Below, one piece after another: positions 12,990-26,420 of a DNA stretch of 64,000 nucleotides. The translations under genes were made by a program, and so were the position numbers. Below the pieces are notes generated by a model that saw only the letters and a list, made by a program, of their open reading frames with translations, searched no databases and was not told where the DNA came from. Every line of letters starts with the position of its first letter. The first letter of the stretch is position 1. The stretch covers positions 71,426,001-71,490,000 of the forward strand of contig NC_086108.1 in NCBI RefSeq assembly GCF_963921235.1. The letters are read 5' to 3'. Origin of the DNA: Mobula hypostoma. Its lineage: Eukaryota.

Positions 12990-14210
12990 GAAGTTCAAAG
13001 TGAATTTAATATCAAAGTACATGTATGTCACCATATGCAACCCTGAGATTCATTTTCTTCCAGGCATACTCAATAAATCCAATAACCATAATAGAATCAA
13101 TGAAAGACCACACCAACAGGGTGGACAACCAGTGTGCAAAAGACAACAAACTGTACAAATACAACAAGGACAAAAAGAAAATAATAAATAAAAACAAATA
13201 ACCAATAAATATCGAGAACTTGAAGTGAAGAGTCCTTGAAAGTGAGTGATAGGTTGTGGGAACATTTCAGTGATGGGGCAGGTGACATTGAGTGAAGTTA
13301 TCCCCTCTGGTTCAAGAGCCTGGTGGTTGATGGGTAATAACTGTTCCAGAACCTGGTAGTGTGAGTCCTGAGGCTCCTGTACTTCCTCCCTCATGGCAGC
13401 AGCAAGAAAAGAGCTTGACCTTGGTGTGGGAGACTTTGACGATGGGTGCTGTGATGGACTGTGCTGTATCCACTACGTTTTGTAGGATTTTCCATTGAAG
13501 GGCATTGGTGTTTCCATACCAGGGTGTGATGCAGCCAGTCAATATACTCTCCACCACACATCTATAGAAGTTTGTCAAAGTTTTAGATGTTATGCAAACT
13601 TCTAAGAAAGTAGAGGCAGTTCTGTGCTTCCTTTGCTGTGCCTAGGACAGGTCTTCTGAAATGATAATACTGAGGAATTTAAGGTCGCTCACCTTCTCCA
13701 CTTCTGATTCATCCATTGAGAATTGGCTCAGGGACCTCTGGTTTCCTCCTCCTGAAGTCAATAATCAGCTCCTTGGTCTTGCTGACATTGAGAGAGGTTG
13801 TTGCTGTGGCAACACTCAGCCAGGTTTTCAGTCTCCCTCCCATATGCTGATTCATCTCAGCTTTGATTTGGGTGTTACAGTGGTGTCGTCAGCAAACCTG
13901 AATATGGGAGCGGAGCTGTGCTTGGCCACACAGTCATAAGTGTAAAGTGAGTAGAGCAGGGGCTAAGCACAAGTCCCTGTGGTGAACCTGCATTGATAGA
14001 AATTGTGAAGGAGATGTTGTTGCCAACCTGGAGTCTTCAAGTGAGGAAATTGAGGATCCAATTGCACAAGGAGGTATTGATGCCTATGTCTTGAAGCTTA
14101 TTGACTAGCTTTGAGGGGTTAATAGCATTTATTGCCGAGCTGTAGTGAATAATGAGATTCTGTGCATCTTTGCAGTCCAGATGCTCCAGAGTTGAGTTAA
14201 GTGTCATTGA
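12990..14210 (-). mobile_element. Rex1/Babar-like LINE, decayed
   Basis: TNFYRCVVESILTGCITPWYGN and FADDTT motifs on the minus strand; 3' UTR near 13000-13200. Confidence 0.85.
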
Positions 14211-14289
14211 AATCTGTTGTGGAATTGTAACTTTGTAAAAGGAATAAAATCAGAAATGATCTCAAGCTCCCAAAGTTTAACTAATTTAG

Positions 14290-14575
14290 AGATACAGTGT
14301 GGAACAGGCCTTTCCAACCTTTTGAGTCACGCTACCCAGCAACCCACTGATTTAACCCTATCCTAATCACGGGACAATTTGCAATGACCGATTAACCTTC
14401 TAACCAGCACATTTTTGGACTGTGGGAGGAAACCGGAGGATCCGGAGGAAACCTACGTGCACACAGGAAGGAATGTACAAACCTGTTAACAGTGGACACT
14501 GGATGTGAACTCGGAACCCTGATGGCCCGAACTATAATGCTATACACTAACCATTTCATTACTGTGGCACCCTAA
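14290..14575 (-). mobile_element. tRNA-derived SINE (V-SINE/HE1-like)
   Basis: Reverse complement contains the core CTCCGGTTTCCTCCCACAGTCCAAA shared with the copies at 24050, 29010 and 35280. Confidence 0.7.
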
Positions 14576-15893
14576 TAGGCTAACACTGTTCATAAGTCAA
14601 CATCTCCCTCAATTTCAGGTTGGTGTAAATTTGTAGTTGGATATGTTTGATGTTCTTCTGCAAAGTAAAGAGTATTTTCCTTTGGTGGTCCGTTTCCCTT
14701 TGGCAGAGCTATACTCTTGCAATTATATGATTGCACTTCTGCCTTTCACATTCCTACAGCTATTCCAATTTAGGGTTGGTGACACGGACCTCTTCATTTC
14801 AGAGGGTGTTTGCCACTTGGTGGAGCTACTTCCTATACCAGTTGTGGCAGCATTTATTCCCAGATTTGAAAGGATATGCAGCAGAGATGTTTTAGCTGGG
14901 ATATTTTATATAGCTATAATATTATATTTTTATAGAACTACTTTTCTCAAGTCACTGTACAAGTGTTATCAAGCAAAACATTAGTTAGGTATGTGAAAGC
15001 AGATGGACAAAATCTTGGTCAAAGAACTAGGTTTTAAGGTGATGAGAGAGTGGTGGGAGATTTGGGGATGGAATTGTAAATGTTTATATATTGGCATTTG
15101 AAGATGGCTATGATAGTGATTGCATTTAGGAATGCTTAAGCATATGGTCTAGCATTGTAGATAGGAGGAGGTTGAAAAGTGAGAAGGAGAGAGTCAAGGC
15201 TATGGAGAAAATTGGAAATGTGGCTGAGAATTTTGAAATCAAGGAATGGCTTATGGAGAGTCTATGCAGGTCAGTGAGTGTAGAGGGAAATGGGTTGGCT
15301 GGACGTAAGACACAGGAACAGCGAGAAAATTGTCTCTGTAGTAGATGACAGAAAAGGTCATCTACTGTCAAGAATATGTTGAAAGCACCTGCAGTGCTCT
15401 TCTCCAGAGGGCTGGATATGCTGTTATGATGAAGAGCATTTATATAGTTTAGTTTTGTTTTAGTGGATGTTGGCAGATTAAACAACAAATAAGGCACCAC
15501 TGAAGGTCCACCTAAAGTAGCATAACATTGTTTTGGGGATGTAAAGACAACTACCAATGTCAGTGCCATGAAGAAGTGAATAATTTTGTGTAGAGCAAGC
15601 GTGGCAGCAAGTTATGTTATAAAGACAATCTTACCATCTTGGTATATAAGGTACCTATTTTAATGACTTTCCAATATCTCTCTCATTTGGGAAGAAATTG
15701 GTGATAACGGATGGTTTTATGGAGTAATGCTAACACTGGAAAAATGATAACTTAAGCCCCTTTGACATAATCGTCGATCAGCTATGTGATCTTGTTCGGG
15801 AATGCAAAGGTGTATAATGAGGGAGTGTTTATAATGCTGGAATTTTGGACTATTAATGTGGATGATGTGTTCAAAACAGTTTGAAAATTTGAA

Positions 15894-16085
15894 CAACACA
15901 CATCAAAGTTGCTGGTGAACGCAGCAGGCCAGGCAGCATCTATAGGAAGAGGCACAGTCGACGTTTCAGGTCTCGGCCTGAAACGTCGACTGCGCCTCTT
16001 CCTATAGATGCTGCCTGGCCTGCTGCGTTCACCAGCAACTTTGATGTGTGTTGCTTGAATTTCCAGCATCTGCAGAATTCCTGTT
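15894..16085. mobile_element. Fold-back Penelope-like insert forming a 160-bp near-perfect palindrome
   Basis: Perfect 15-bp TSD GTTTGAAAATTTGAA (15879-15893 / 16086-16100); arms of about 77 bp with one mismatch (15894..16053); same sequence family as 40560 and 44446. Confidence 0.85.
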
Positions 16086-16566
16086 GTTTGAAAATTTGAA
16101 ATTGGGTTTTTAAAAAGATCGAGCTTGTGAAAGCTGAGGTGTTTAAAATTATGCCAAATTTTCCAGAAAAAAATTGGTTCATGGATGTCCTCTCTAGGAA
16201 TCCAAGGAAAAGCTTACTTAATTAAAACTTCCTGCATTGTCCTATTTAAAAAAGAATTGTGTGGGTATGTTAAATAGCAGTTTGTAGATTCTGTATATTA
16301 TCTAGTCTTCTGTGCCAGTAATGATCTCCCCAAAGTAATTATTCCTACTGTCAGATCAATGACAGATTTGTGCTTTGAGTCCTAATTTAAAATATAGGTG
16401 AAAGTGTAATCCTGAATTAATACTGTTAACTGTTGAAGAGTATGAATACAATGATTTGTTATTAAAATGAAGGTGATCAGCAAAATCTTAAATGAGCTTT
16501 ATAAAATTTTATTTTGTAACATAGGCAGTTTTTAATATTTTAGTGACTCTCTTTTTTTACCATTAG

Positions 16567-17154
16567 GCATATCTAAGGGCAGTTGATATCAAGATCATGC
16601 ACCAACTGATGGCCATTAATGAAGGGATTGAGGTGGTGAAGTGGATTTTAGAAGAAAAGGGCACTCTTGCCAGTAGGTGCAGCAGTCTCACTAGCAGTAT
16701 GTACAGCCTCGTTGAGAGCCAGGAGACCTCGAGGAGAGGTAGCTGGAACAGCCTCCAGGATCCGAACGATAAATTGGATGGGATTTCTATTGGAAGCTTT
16801 TTGGATACTCTGGCTGATGATATGGATGAATACTGTCAGACCACTGTAGATCCTTTGTCCTCAATGCCTTCGGGTGGCCCCTTCACTACAATGGAGAAAG
16901 AAGTCTATCCCAATGAGATACACAGCCAACAGAACAATATTGCTAATGGCTTCATGGAAAAACAAGGAAACTTTGTAGCAGATTGCAATGTGGAAAATAA
17001 ATTCTCTCATGATAAACAAATCAAAGATGTTGGGAAACTGAAGGCACAGAAACATGGGAAAAGTGAATATGATAGCTGTAAAAATAAAATGCACATTGAA
17101 TATGATGCCCATTGGCACTGGGTGCAGTCACAAGATGACATAACATTTCTGTGA
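16567..17154 (+). CDS. LURAP1: Leucine-rich adaptor protein 1, coding exon 2 (195 aa + stop)
   Basis: Pyrimidine tract plus CATTAG|GCA acceptor, in frame with exon 1. AYLRAVDIKIMHQL...EEKGTL..CSSLTSS...RRGSW..ISIGSFLDT and the C-terminal HWHWVQSQDDITFL match LURAP1 (recalled HWFWEQCQDDVTFL) rather than LURAP1L. Confidence 0.95.
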   Translation, partial: AYLRAVDIKIMHQLMAINEGIEVVKWILEEKGTLASRCSSLTSSMYSLVESQETSRRGSWNSLQDPNDKLDGISIGSFLDTLADDMDEYCQTTVDPLSSMPSGGPFTTMEKEVYPNEIHSQQNNIANGFMEKQGNFVADCNVENKFSHDKQIKDVGKLKAQKHGKSEYDSCKNKMHIEYDAHWHWVQSQDDITFL

Positions 17155-20100
17155 GAATATCAGGTTGATGTGATATGGTCAAAGAAGTGATACTTTATCT
17201 CCATTGGAACCACTGAGTAATCTCACAGAGCCAAATATAAACATAGGGGGTCAGACTGGTAAAATACAGAAAATCTCTGAATTTAAAGTTACTTTTACAA
17301 TAAAAGTAAAATGTTTCAAGGATCAGAATTGTAACTCTGAGAAAATATCAGTTTTAAGAAATTGGAAAACTAAAATGAAATTTCTTTTAGATTAGAACCC
17401 AAGTCAGTGTAAATAATTTGCACTGTGGTTTACAGCTGTATTATTAATGTAGCTTGAATCTGGGGTGCAGGGTGAATTTGACATTGGAACAAAATGCAGT
17501 CTGGTTAGGCATAGCATTGGACTTACACCAGGAATGTTTAGCTGGAAATGAAGCTGAAAATTTTTATCACAAACTCAATACGCCAATATCATTATAATTT
17601 AAAAATGCATTTTGGTTGTTATGGGTATTAAGGGAAGGCTGTATATCCACTACATTGACTCTCAGTAGATAGAAATGTTGCATGCAGAATACCATTTTGG
17701 GAACAGAAGGGATTATCTGAAATCTTGCATTGAATTTTACTGTTATGTCATGGAAGATATAATGATTTCAGTAATTAGGAAGCATAATAATTGTAATATG
17801 TTTATAACATGGAAAGCACTTCCTTTTGCAGTGTTAGTGCACGTTTGAGGTATTGGCTTAACCATTGAAAAATTAGGCATATTTACACGATCACTCCGCA
17901 TTTAAAGTTTTTTCCACTCACTAAGCTGGAGAGGGAAGTTTCCAAAAGTTCAGCAGGTTTAAATAGTCGTGTAAGCTTAATATCTGAGTTATTCTTGTAA
18001 AACTATAATTCATTCTGTAGATAGTTCTTGCCTTTTATGGGGAGAATTTGTACATACCTCCTCTCTTTTGATTTGATGAAGACTGAAATTCTGTTTCATG
18101 ATTAAATTACAGGTCAATACTGTGAGTTAGTCACTCTCTCTGGCTGGGAATTTTTGTTTGAGTAAACCTTGGAAAGGTTATAAAGGTACCTTTTCTCTCC
18201 AGTAAATTGGACGTATCAATGTCATTTTGCACTTTCGCAGAGATTATGGGCAGGACCATCGTTTCATGTAGAACTTTTTTGGTTGGAGATCTGGTGTAAA
18301 TTTCTTGTTTAGTTTTGAGAAGGTACAAAAATTTATATTTTCAGAGTTTTGAGTGATGCTAACTGGAGAAATTTGCTTTTGCAATACTGTAACTATAATG
18401 TGACTTGATTTATTCAATCACTTCTGGAATACAAGATTTTATTGGATTGTATATCACCTGATTATTCCCTCTATTCAAAAACAAACTAAATTGTGAAAGT
18501 AACAAATACATAATATCTTCTTTGGAGAAAAACATTAATCAAAAACTAGAAAGTTTGGGATAGTTTATAAATAATTAAGAATATAGTCAGTGTTTGAGCA
18601 ATCTCGTGCTCTTGAAATCTTGTTACTGAAATTAGTTGACAAATGTGGGGAGGAAAGGGAAGGGAATATTTTTCAAGACTTTGTCTTGAGCTTTGGTCCT
18701 TTTTAGTCTCAATAATTGAAAGGTATTCATCATACCAACAAATTGGGCATATGCATTCAGCAACGAAGCACTGTATTGGAAGTCATCAGGGATATTAGAG
18801 TGTAGTGGGGTAAAGTTCCTCCTGCAAACCCACAAGCTTTGAGCTTTCAATGTTCGTCTCATTTAGTATGGTTCCAGCACGATGGGTCTGTGGTTTAGTT
18901 GTGCTACCTCTCCATATTTCCCCTGATCTAAGCTCACACAGTACTATTGTATTTTTATTTAGTGGGAGGTATCCTTAATGCAGTTAGTCATTAATGACTG
19001 GTGTACGGTGAACTGTATGTCTAATGCAAAGTTGATAATGGGGCCAAAACGTTTGCGTTCATATTTCTATTTTACCTCCACACTCATAAAGCATAGTCCA
19101 GTTACTAATGTATGCTAATAAATATTAGCAAAATTAAAATCATGTGCATCAATGGCAGCCATTTTGGATTAGGAGGAAATTATCAGTTGAATCAATTTGC
19201 ATTTGGAGTGCAAATTTAGGATTGGATTGAAAACTGGGATAAAGAGTGATCAAATTAATTACGGATAAACTATGTCTGACCTCTATTGTTCAATTGATTA
19301 TTAAATTATCTAGATAGATATTTTGTTGATATATACTGATGCATAAGGTGATTAAGTGTCTGCCAAATTTTAACAGAAGTAGGAAAAGAGACATTCTTTA
19401 GCAAAGCGACATAATGCACTAAAATATTAAAGTTTGATGGTTGTTATGCAATGAAAATTGTGCGTGTGTGTGAGATGTGTATGGTATGTGCCTGTGTGTT
19501 GTATAATTTTCTGAATTTAACTTGTTTAATAATACTGAACTTAATTCTGTTTGGTCTTTGCTGTCATATTTTAGCTAAACTAATATTTGTACAAAACTGC
19601 TTTGATTGTTAACTGTATTTAATATAGGTGATACATTTTATATTTTACTATAAAACTCAAAGCTTAGTTTTATGATTAAAATATAATCATAGTCTGGTAA
19701 TATACTTTTCAATGTTGCTAATGAGTGAACAGATAGCTTTAAAATATTACAGATCAATACGGTTGCAGAGATATTAAACTCTTTACAAATTTCAAGCTGC
19801 GTGTAATTAGATAATGTTTGACCAAACCTTACTAAAATGAGTTCCTTTGTGTGCTTTACTTGTTGTCCTTTTGTCTTTGTGGTCATTATCTAATTATTCA
19901 TTTATGGTGCCAGAAGTGATGAGACGTGTTAGAACCTTAACCAGGATAGAATGCAATGCTGCAACTTGGAGCCCTTCCTGCTACCTACAGCCATAGCCCC
20001 CCCCCCCCACCCCTCCACCCCCATGATATCTTTTGTGAAATATGACAGATGTCTCCAATCTTCCTCTTTTATCCTTGCACAATGTGTGGCTGTTTCTAGG

Positions 20101-20779
20101 GTATTTTGGGACTGTGAATCTGTGTTTCCTGGTTTTTGCATATCATTTCCTGATGCTTTATTTCATTCCACTGGGAGTATATTGAATATATTCAATACAT
20201 AGTAAGTTATTTTGGGTTTAAATCTATTGGTATTGTTTTCTGATTTTGTGTAAAGGAATTTATTCTAATTTTTAAAAAAAGCATGCTCCTTGAATTGACT
20301 GGCATAATAACAATATTGAGACATTCCCTCTATTCCCCCACCCCTCCCCCAACCGCAGCACATCTCATCCTATTGATTAGACCACTTTAAATACTAAATG
20401 ATCCCAAAAGATTTGATTGTGTTATATAGCTGATCACATTTACACTAATCAATCATAACACTTGTTCACTGTGCACAGAATATTTTTGAATAATCGTTTA
20501 TCATCATCACCTCTCATTGCATTTTGCGTAATACATTCATTACAATGGAAGGGTAGCTGTATACTTCACAGTAACACAGTGGGCTGGACAGAACATTCAA
20601 GGCAACTATAATTGCCCTGCGTTACTACCTTCTGCATCTATTGGAACAGAAGTGCCAGTGCTTTCCGGCCTCTGAAGTAGGGGCAGTGAAAGTGCTCACT
20701 GGTCACTTGGTACCACTACTCTTGCTTGGACAATCTGTAAAAGTTTACTTTATTCATGATTTACATAATCATGACATGT

Positions 20780-21170
20780 TCATAGTATGACAATTACATC
20801 CAATGCCACTCATGTTTCCACCTGAAGCAATGCTCCATGAAGCATTGGAGAGGTTGTAACACAGCCACAGTCTCAGAGTATTGAGGTGGCAGCATCCTTG
20901 CCCACAGAGTCTTTGCAGTGGCTGCACCAAGCTTCCCTGTGGCAGACTGAAGTGCGTCTTTCATCAAGTTGATGACCTCGCAGTGGCAGCTGATGTTTGC
21001 CTCAGTACATGTCCTTGAGAATAACCCGTGGAGCATGGAGCAGAGGGTCCTCTGTTACGTAGTGCTGTGGGCTGAACCTCATCAAAGGCAAATGCATCAA
21101 TTTCCAGACCTTGTTGGGAAATGCACAATCCACAAACAGGTGGAAGATCGCATCTGCAGCGTCACAGACA
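20780..21170 (-). mobile_element. Tx1-like (L1 clade) ORF2 C-terminal fragment
   Basis: Minus strand HLFVDCAF..VWK, LHGLFSRTCTEANI..VINLMKDAL.SA and KLGAATAK resemble the recalled Tx1-type C-terminus; internal deletion. Confidence 0.6.
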
Positions 21171-22059
21171 TCTCAAGGACAGAAGGCAGTGTGATTGAGG
21201 CACGTAAAACTATAGCACATGTGACATGGTGCCTGTGGCTTCCTTTACAGCATGATATGGTCTCCAACAAAGGTCACAGCTGCCATATTTATTCCAAAAA
21301 TATTCGTTAGCACATACAATTGGAACATATCCTTCATTATGTTCATTGTATCACCATCTTAATGCATTATCTTATAGTGTATCAGTCCCAATCATTAATG
21401 CATCCATGAAGTATCTGAGGTGCTGTTAACACAGGCTCCAATCTAGCCATATACAGATATGGCAGAAACACAGCTATAGTCTGAGGCTGCAATTCATAGG
21501 CTGCAACTGATGAACAAGCTGCTTTGAATCTCATCTACAGAATTAGCACCAATCCTCCTTTGACGGGCACAAGTTCACAAACTTCCAAGCCTTTGTTCTT
21601 TCCATGGTGCCATTTACGACTTCAGCTAAGTGGTCAAAGGACTGCATTTCATACAATTTATGATTAAAGTATTCAAATGCATTATGTAAAAATATGTGCT
21701 CATGTAAATCTGGGAAACTGAAATAATTAAGAGTTTTAGGTGAAAAAAATTTGGGTGGTAGTAAATCTATCAACTTTAAGTAAAACATGTCAATGTTATG
21801 ATTATGATGTGAATTGTGATCCTGAACTGTGGTAAATGTTACATAATGGAAGAGAATTTCAGGGCTGTTTATCTTGATCTGATTAATTTCCTGTTTTTCT
21901 ATGTACTGTATAAGTATATTAATGAGAAAATGCTATTTAAATACTTTGCGTGCTTCTACAATCAAACTATAAATGAACTGAATTATGTGGTGCGACTTTC
22001 AATTTTATTATCTGAAAAATAATGAAACAACAAAGGAAATCTGTTTAGCTGAGAACAAT

Positions 22060-23184
22060 TTGAGAAAGTAAGGAGGCATGGGATCAAAGGGGACATAGCT
22101 TTGTGGATCTAGAACTGGCTTGCCCACAGAAAGCAACGTGTGGTTGTAGACGGATCATATTCTCCATGGAGGTCTGTGACCAGTGGTGTGCCTCAGGGAT
22201 CTGTTCTGGGACCCTTACTCTTCGTGATTTTTATAAATGACCTGGATGAGGAAGTGGAAGGATGGGTTAGTAAGTTTGCTGATGACACAAAGATTGGAGG
22301 TGTTGTGAATAGTGTGGAGGGCTGTCAGAGGTTACAGCAGGATATTGATAGGATGCAAAACTGGGCTGAGAAGTGGCAGATGGAGTTCAACCCAGATAAG
22401 TGTGAAGTGGTTCATTTTGGTAGATCAAATATGATGGCAGAATATATTATTAATGGTAAGACTCTTGGCAGTGTGGAGGATCAGAGGGTTCTTGGGGTCC
22501 GAGTCCATAGGACACTCAAAGCAGCTGCGCAGGTTGACTCTGTGGTTAAGAAGGCGTATGGTGCATTGGCCTTCATCAATCGTGGAATTGAATTTAGGAG
22601 CAGAGAGGTAATGTTGCAGTTATATGGGACCCTGGTCAGACCCCACTTGGAGTACTGTGCTCAGTTCTGGTCGCCTCACTACAGGAAGGATGTGGAAGCC
22701 ATAGAAAGGGTGCAGAGGAGATTTACAAGGTTGTTGCCTGGATTGGGGAGCATGCCTTATGAAAACAGGTTGAGAGAACTTGGCCTTTTTTCCTTGGAGC
22801 GACAGAGGATGAGAGGTGATCTAATAGAGGTGTACAAGATAATAAGAGGCATTGATCATGTGGATAGTCAGAAGCTTTTTCCCAGGGCTGAAATGGTTGC
22901 CACAAGAGGACACAGGTTTAAGGTACTGGGGAGTAGGTACAGAGGAGATGTCAGGGATAAGTTTTTTACTCAGAGAGTGGTGAGTGTGTGGAATGGGCTG
23001 CCGGCAACGCTGGTGGAGGAGGATACGATAGGGTCTTTTAAGAGACTTTTAGATAGGCACATGGAGCTTAGTAAAATAGAGGGCTATAAGTAAGCCTAGT
23101 AATTTCTAAGGTAGGGACATGTTCGGCACAACTCTGGGCCAAAGGGCCTGTATTGTGCTGTAGGTTTTCTATGTTTCCATGTTT
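22060..23184 (+). mobile_element. 5'-truncated CR1 LINE, relatively young (317-aa open RT C-terminal frame 22140..23093)
   Basis: [29 protein letters not shown] motifs; same subfamily as 8469..9887; (TTTCTATG)-like tail. Confidence 0.95.
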
Positions 23185-24049
23185 TTAAAGTGAAATTATT
23201 CTCCATTTCTGGAAGCTGAAGAAGTTACAAGATACTGGAACCTAATATATATTACAAGTGTCACTGAGTAATTGCATTACATAATTTCCTTCCATATATA
23301 AGTTAAGGGTTTTCTTCTTCATATGTATTGATCTATTTTGACTTCCAGTCCAATTGCCACATTGATCTCCCTTTATCCTTGTATGAGGAGTTCTTTGAAT
23401 ATTATTTGAAGCTTCCTATTTTTATAATGCTGTTGTCACAGCTTTTTGTTTTCAAAGGAAAATACTAAGTAATATGGCAATGCAATTCCAAAACAACTCT
23501 GACTGCAGAAGCTGGGATCGAGAACAAAAAGAATTGAAGGCTTGAAGCATTCAGTGGGTCAAGCAACACCTGTGGAGGGAAATGCTGTAGGTCAATGCTC
23601 ACATCAGTTTGCCGCATTCTTCAGTGAAGCAATTTGGAATTATGTTTTGCAAGAGTTCTTGGAAAAAGACAATTAAATGCTTTTTTCTGATGTGCAAAAG
23701 TGCTGCACTTGAAATTGTGCAGGATGAAATGTATTTGAATTGAAATGGTCTGATGGTTTTGTTCATGATTTTTAATTTTTTTGAAGTAGATTAAAAGGGA
23801 AAATGTGTGAATCCATTTTTGTTGCAAATTCAGGATAATTTTAATCTATGATTTTTATTACCCCAAAGGAGCCACCACTTGATCTGGGTTATTGAGCAAT
23901 TGGTTGAGTGGATGTTTAGAAAATGATTATGAAATTAAAAGACGTGTTAAAATGATCCAACTGAGATCATAACATTGTTTCATTGTCCAGTAGAACGAGA
24001 ATAGGGCAGAAACATGAAGTGGCAATTGGAAACACAACAGATTTTGGGC

Positions 24050-24335
24050 ACCATGGTCACGTAGAGGTTAGTGTGATGCTGTTATGGCTCGGGGCGTTGG
24101 AGTCTAATATTGGCATCATCTGTAAGGAATTTGTATGTGCTCCTTAATGAATGTGTGGGCTTTCCTCGGGCACCCTGGTTTCCTCCCACAGACCAAAGAT
24201 GTACCGGGTAGTTTAACTGGTGTTTGTAAATTGTCCCGTGGTTAAGTCAGAATTGAATCGAGGTTTCTGGGGTGGCGTGCCTTGATGGCCAGAAGGGCCC
24301 ACTTCAGACTGTATCACTAAATAAAATAAATAAGA
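24050..24335 (+). mobile_element. tRNA-derived SINE (V-SINE/HE1-like)
   Basis: GGTTTCCTCCCACAGACCAAAGATGT core; (TAAA)n tail. Confidence 0.7.
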
Positions 24336-24394
24336 ATCCAGTTTATTCAAATTTGAATTATACAGGAAACATTGAAAGGCAGGAGAGTGATCAT

Positions 24395-24545
24395 AAAACA
24401 TAGGAGCAGAATTAGGCTATTCGTCCCATCGAGTCTGCTCCGCCATTTCATCATGGATAATTTATTATCCCTCTCTCAACCCTGTTCTGCCTTCTCCCCA
24501 TAACCTTTGATACCTTATCAACCTCCAGTTTAAATGTACCTAATA
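24395..24545 (-). mobile_element. CR1 3' terminal fragment
   Basis: ATAGGAGCAGAATTAGGC motif shared with the CR1 end at about 60798. Confidence 0.6.
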
Positions 24546-25739
24546 TATTTTAGTTAAACCATTAGCACATAAAGAGAAACACCAGTGCCAACATTATAAA
24601 AGGCCTGTTTTCAGGAGGTAATACTCTATGACTTTTAATCCACATGCTTACTTTGTAAATTTAATTCATTTGCGATAAATTCAAATTCTTCAGATGTTCT
24701 GAATTTGCTCATTAGTTACCAACATGCTTGTTTGCTGTTTTAAAAACTTCATTGGCCTGAAACATTAAATCTGTTTCCCATTCCCCTGATGCTGCCTGAC
24801 CTCCAGTCTGCATCTGGCACTTTAGTTAAGATTTTCAGCAACTGCCTTTTTTTTTGTTTTTCTTTGTGTTATTGCTTTACAATAGAATTGAGATTTTCCC
24901 TGCATGTGGAGTGCTGACAGTACCGAATTGAGCTCAGGGGTCCACAGAGGAGTTATTCTATTTGTAAAGGCATTTTCAACCCTGGTGAATTTTCTTCTTG
25001 ATCTTTTAATGCGGTGGGATACTTCTGTTCTTTTCTGAAAGAAAAGTTGAAAAAGCATTTTCTGTTCTTATAGTTAGTTATACTTAATAGCTTTAGGGTT
25101 AGGTAGGTTTCAACAGGTGCTGGCATTTCATTATATATGTTTGTCTGTTTGAGACATCTATAGTCCAAAACTTTGCCAGTTCACCTTTTAGTCAGTTCAA
25201 AACAACAAAGAATTATCATGGCTATAAATAATGACTTTAGATTACATTTAAAGGATGATGTATGATTCTTGTAATTTAATCTGCTCCTTCTATTACCAAG
25301 AGTAATGCAGTAATATGCTGAATGTATGAGTTAAATCCAGATGCCTAAATGAGGACTGAGCTGCTTTTGAATATTAGAATAATAATTTCAGGAAATATTA
25401 CGGCAAGCAAAGAAATTTTCACATACCTAGCTTTGAAAATTCAGGGCCACCCTTCCATTTCAGTAGGGGCTATGTTTATACCTAGGACATATACATTTCT
25501 TTTTTACTGTCTTTTACCTATTTGTGACATATACATATAGAAATGAATTACTGTCACCGGATCTGGGTCTCAGCATCTTTTTGAGTTGCATATGGAGATG
25601 GCACCTGGTGTAGGCTGTTGCTTTCATTGTCTTTTAAAAATATTGACAAATTTTAATTATAGTAAAATTTTATTCAATATGCTTTGTTATTTTAATGGTA
25701 TCATTGATGGTACTGAATACATTAAGAGCACAACTTGAG

Positions 25740-26420
25740 AATATGGGCTGGTCTGTATAAATTCTCCTCATCAGACACACTCAGTATTTCAGAATGACAT
25801 GATGAGCCCTTATCTTGGATTGGGTAACATTGCTGTGTACAGCTGGTGCAAGAACTCCATTGCACTCAAAATCCTCTCACAAAGCCGACAGCACCCCATT
25901 TCTCTTCATCATTACTTGCTGTATCTGTATGTACTCTTTCAGTGATTTGTGTTCAAGGGTATCCAGATTGTTCTCAGCTTCAATACCTTTCAATCTACCA
26001 CCATTTTTTAAAAAAAACTTTGTTTTCCTTTTTTTGCTACCACAGTGGATGACCTATCACTTTTCCATGAAGCTTTCTGTCAACCATCTCTTTGATCATT
26101 CATAGAACCTCTTTACATTCCTTGGAAGTTCTATGCATACTCTACAGCCTAGTTTTGTCATTGGCAAACTTCGATCCAATATTCTTGATCTCCTCATTCA
26201 AATCGTTGATAAAGTTTCTGAGCATCCGCGGCTCCTGCAATGGGACATCATGAGTTACAGCTTCTCAAACCAAAAGTTAGCCATTTGTTCCCAATCTTTG
26301 TTTTCCTGTTCATTAACCAACTCTCAATCTATCCTCAATGTTGTATGCTCTTATTTTATTTAATAATCTTTTGTGTGCTTAGATATCAAAGATCTTCTGA
26401 ATATGTAAGTATATAACACA
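25740..26420 (-). mobile_element. Old CR1 RT fragment
   Basis: Degenerate KFANDKT and CNGVLAPAV-type CR1 signatures on the minus strand. Confidence 0.5.

Noticed and set aside
10236..17154. LURAP1L as the gene identity
   Set aside because: The C-terminal HW.W.Q.QDD.TFL and KVGRK motifs fit LURAP1, and there is no Gly/Ser tract.
20794..21310. Harbinger transposase or host exon
   Set aside because: Minus-strand motifs fit a Tx1-like ORF2 C-terminus better.
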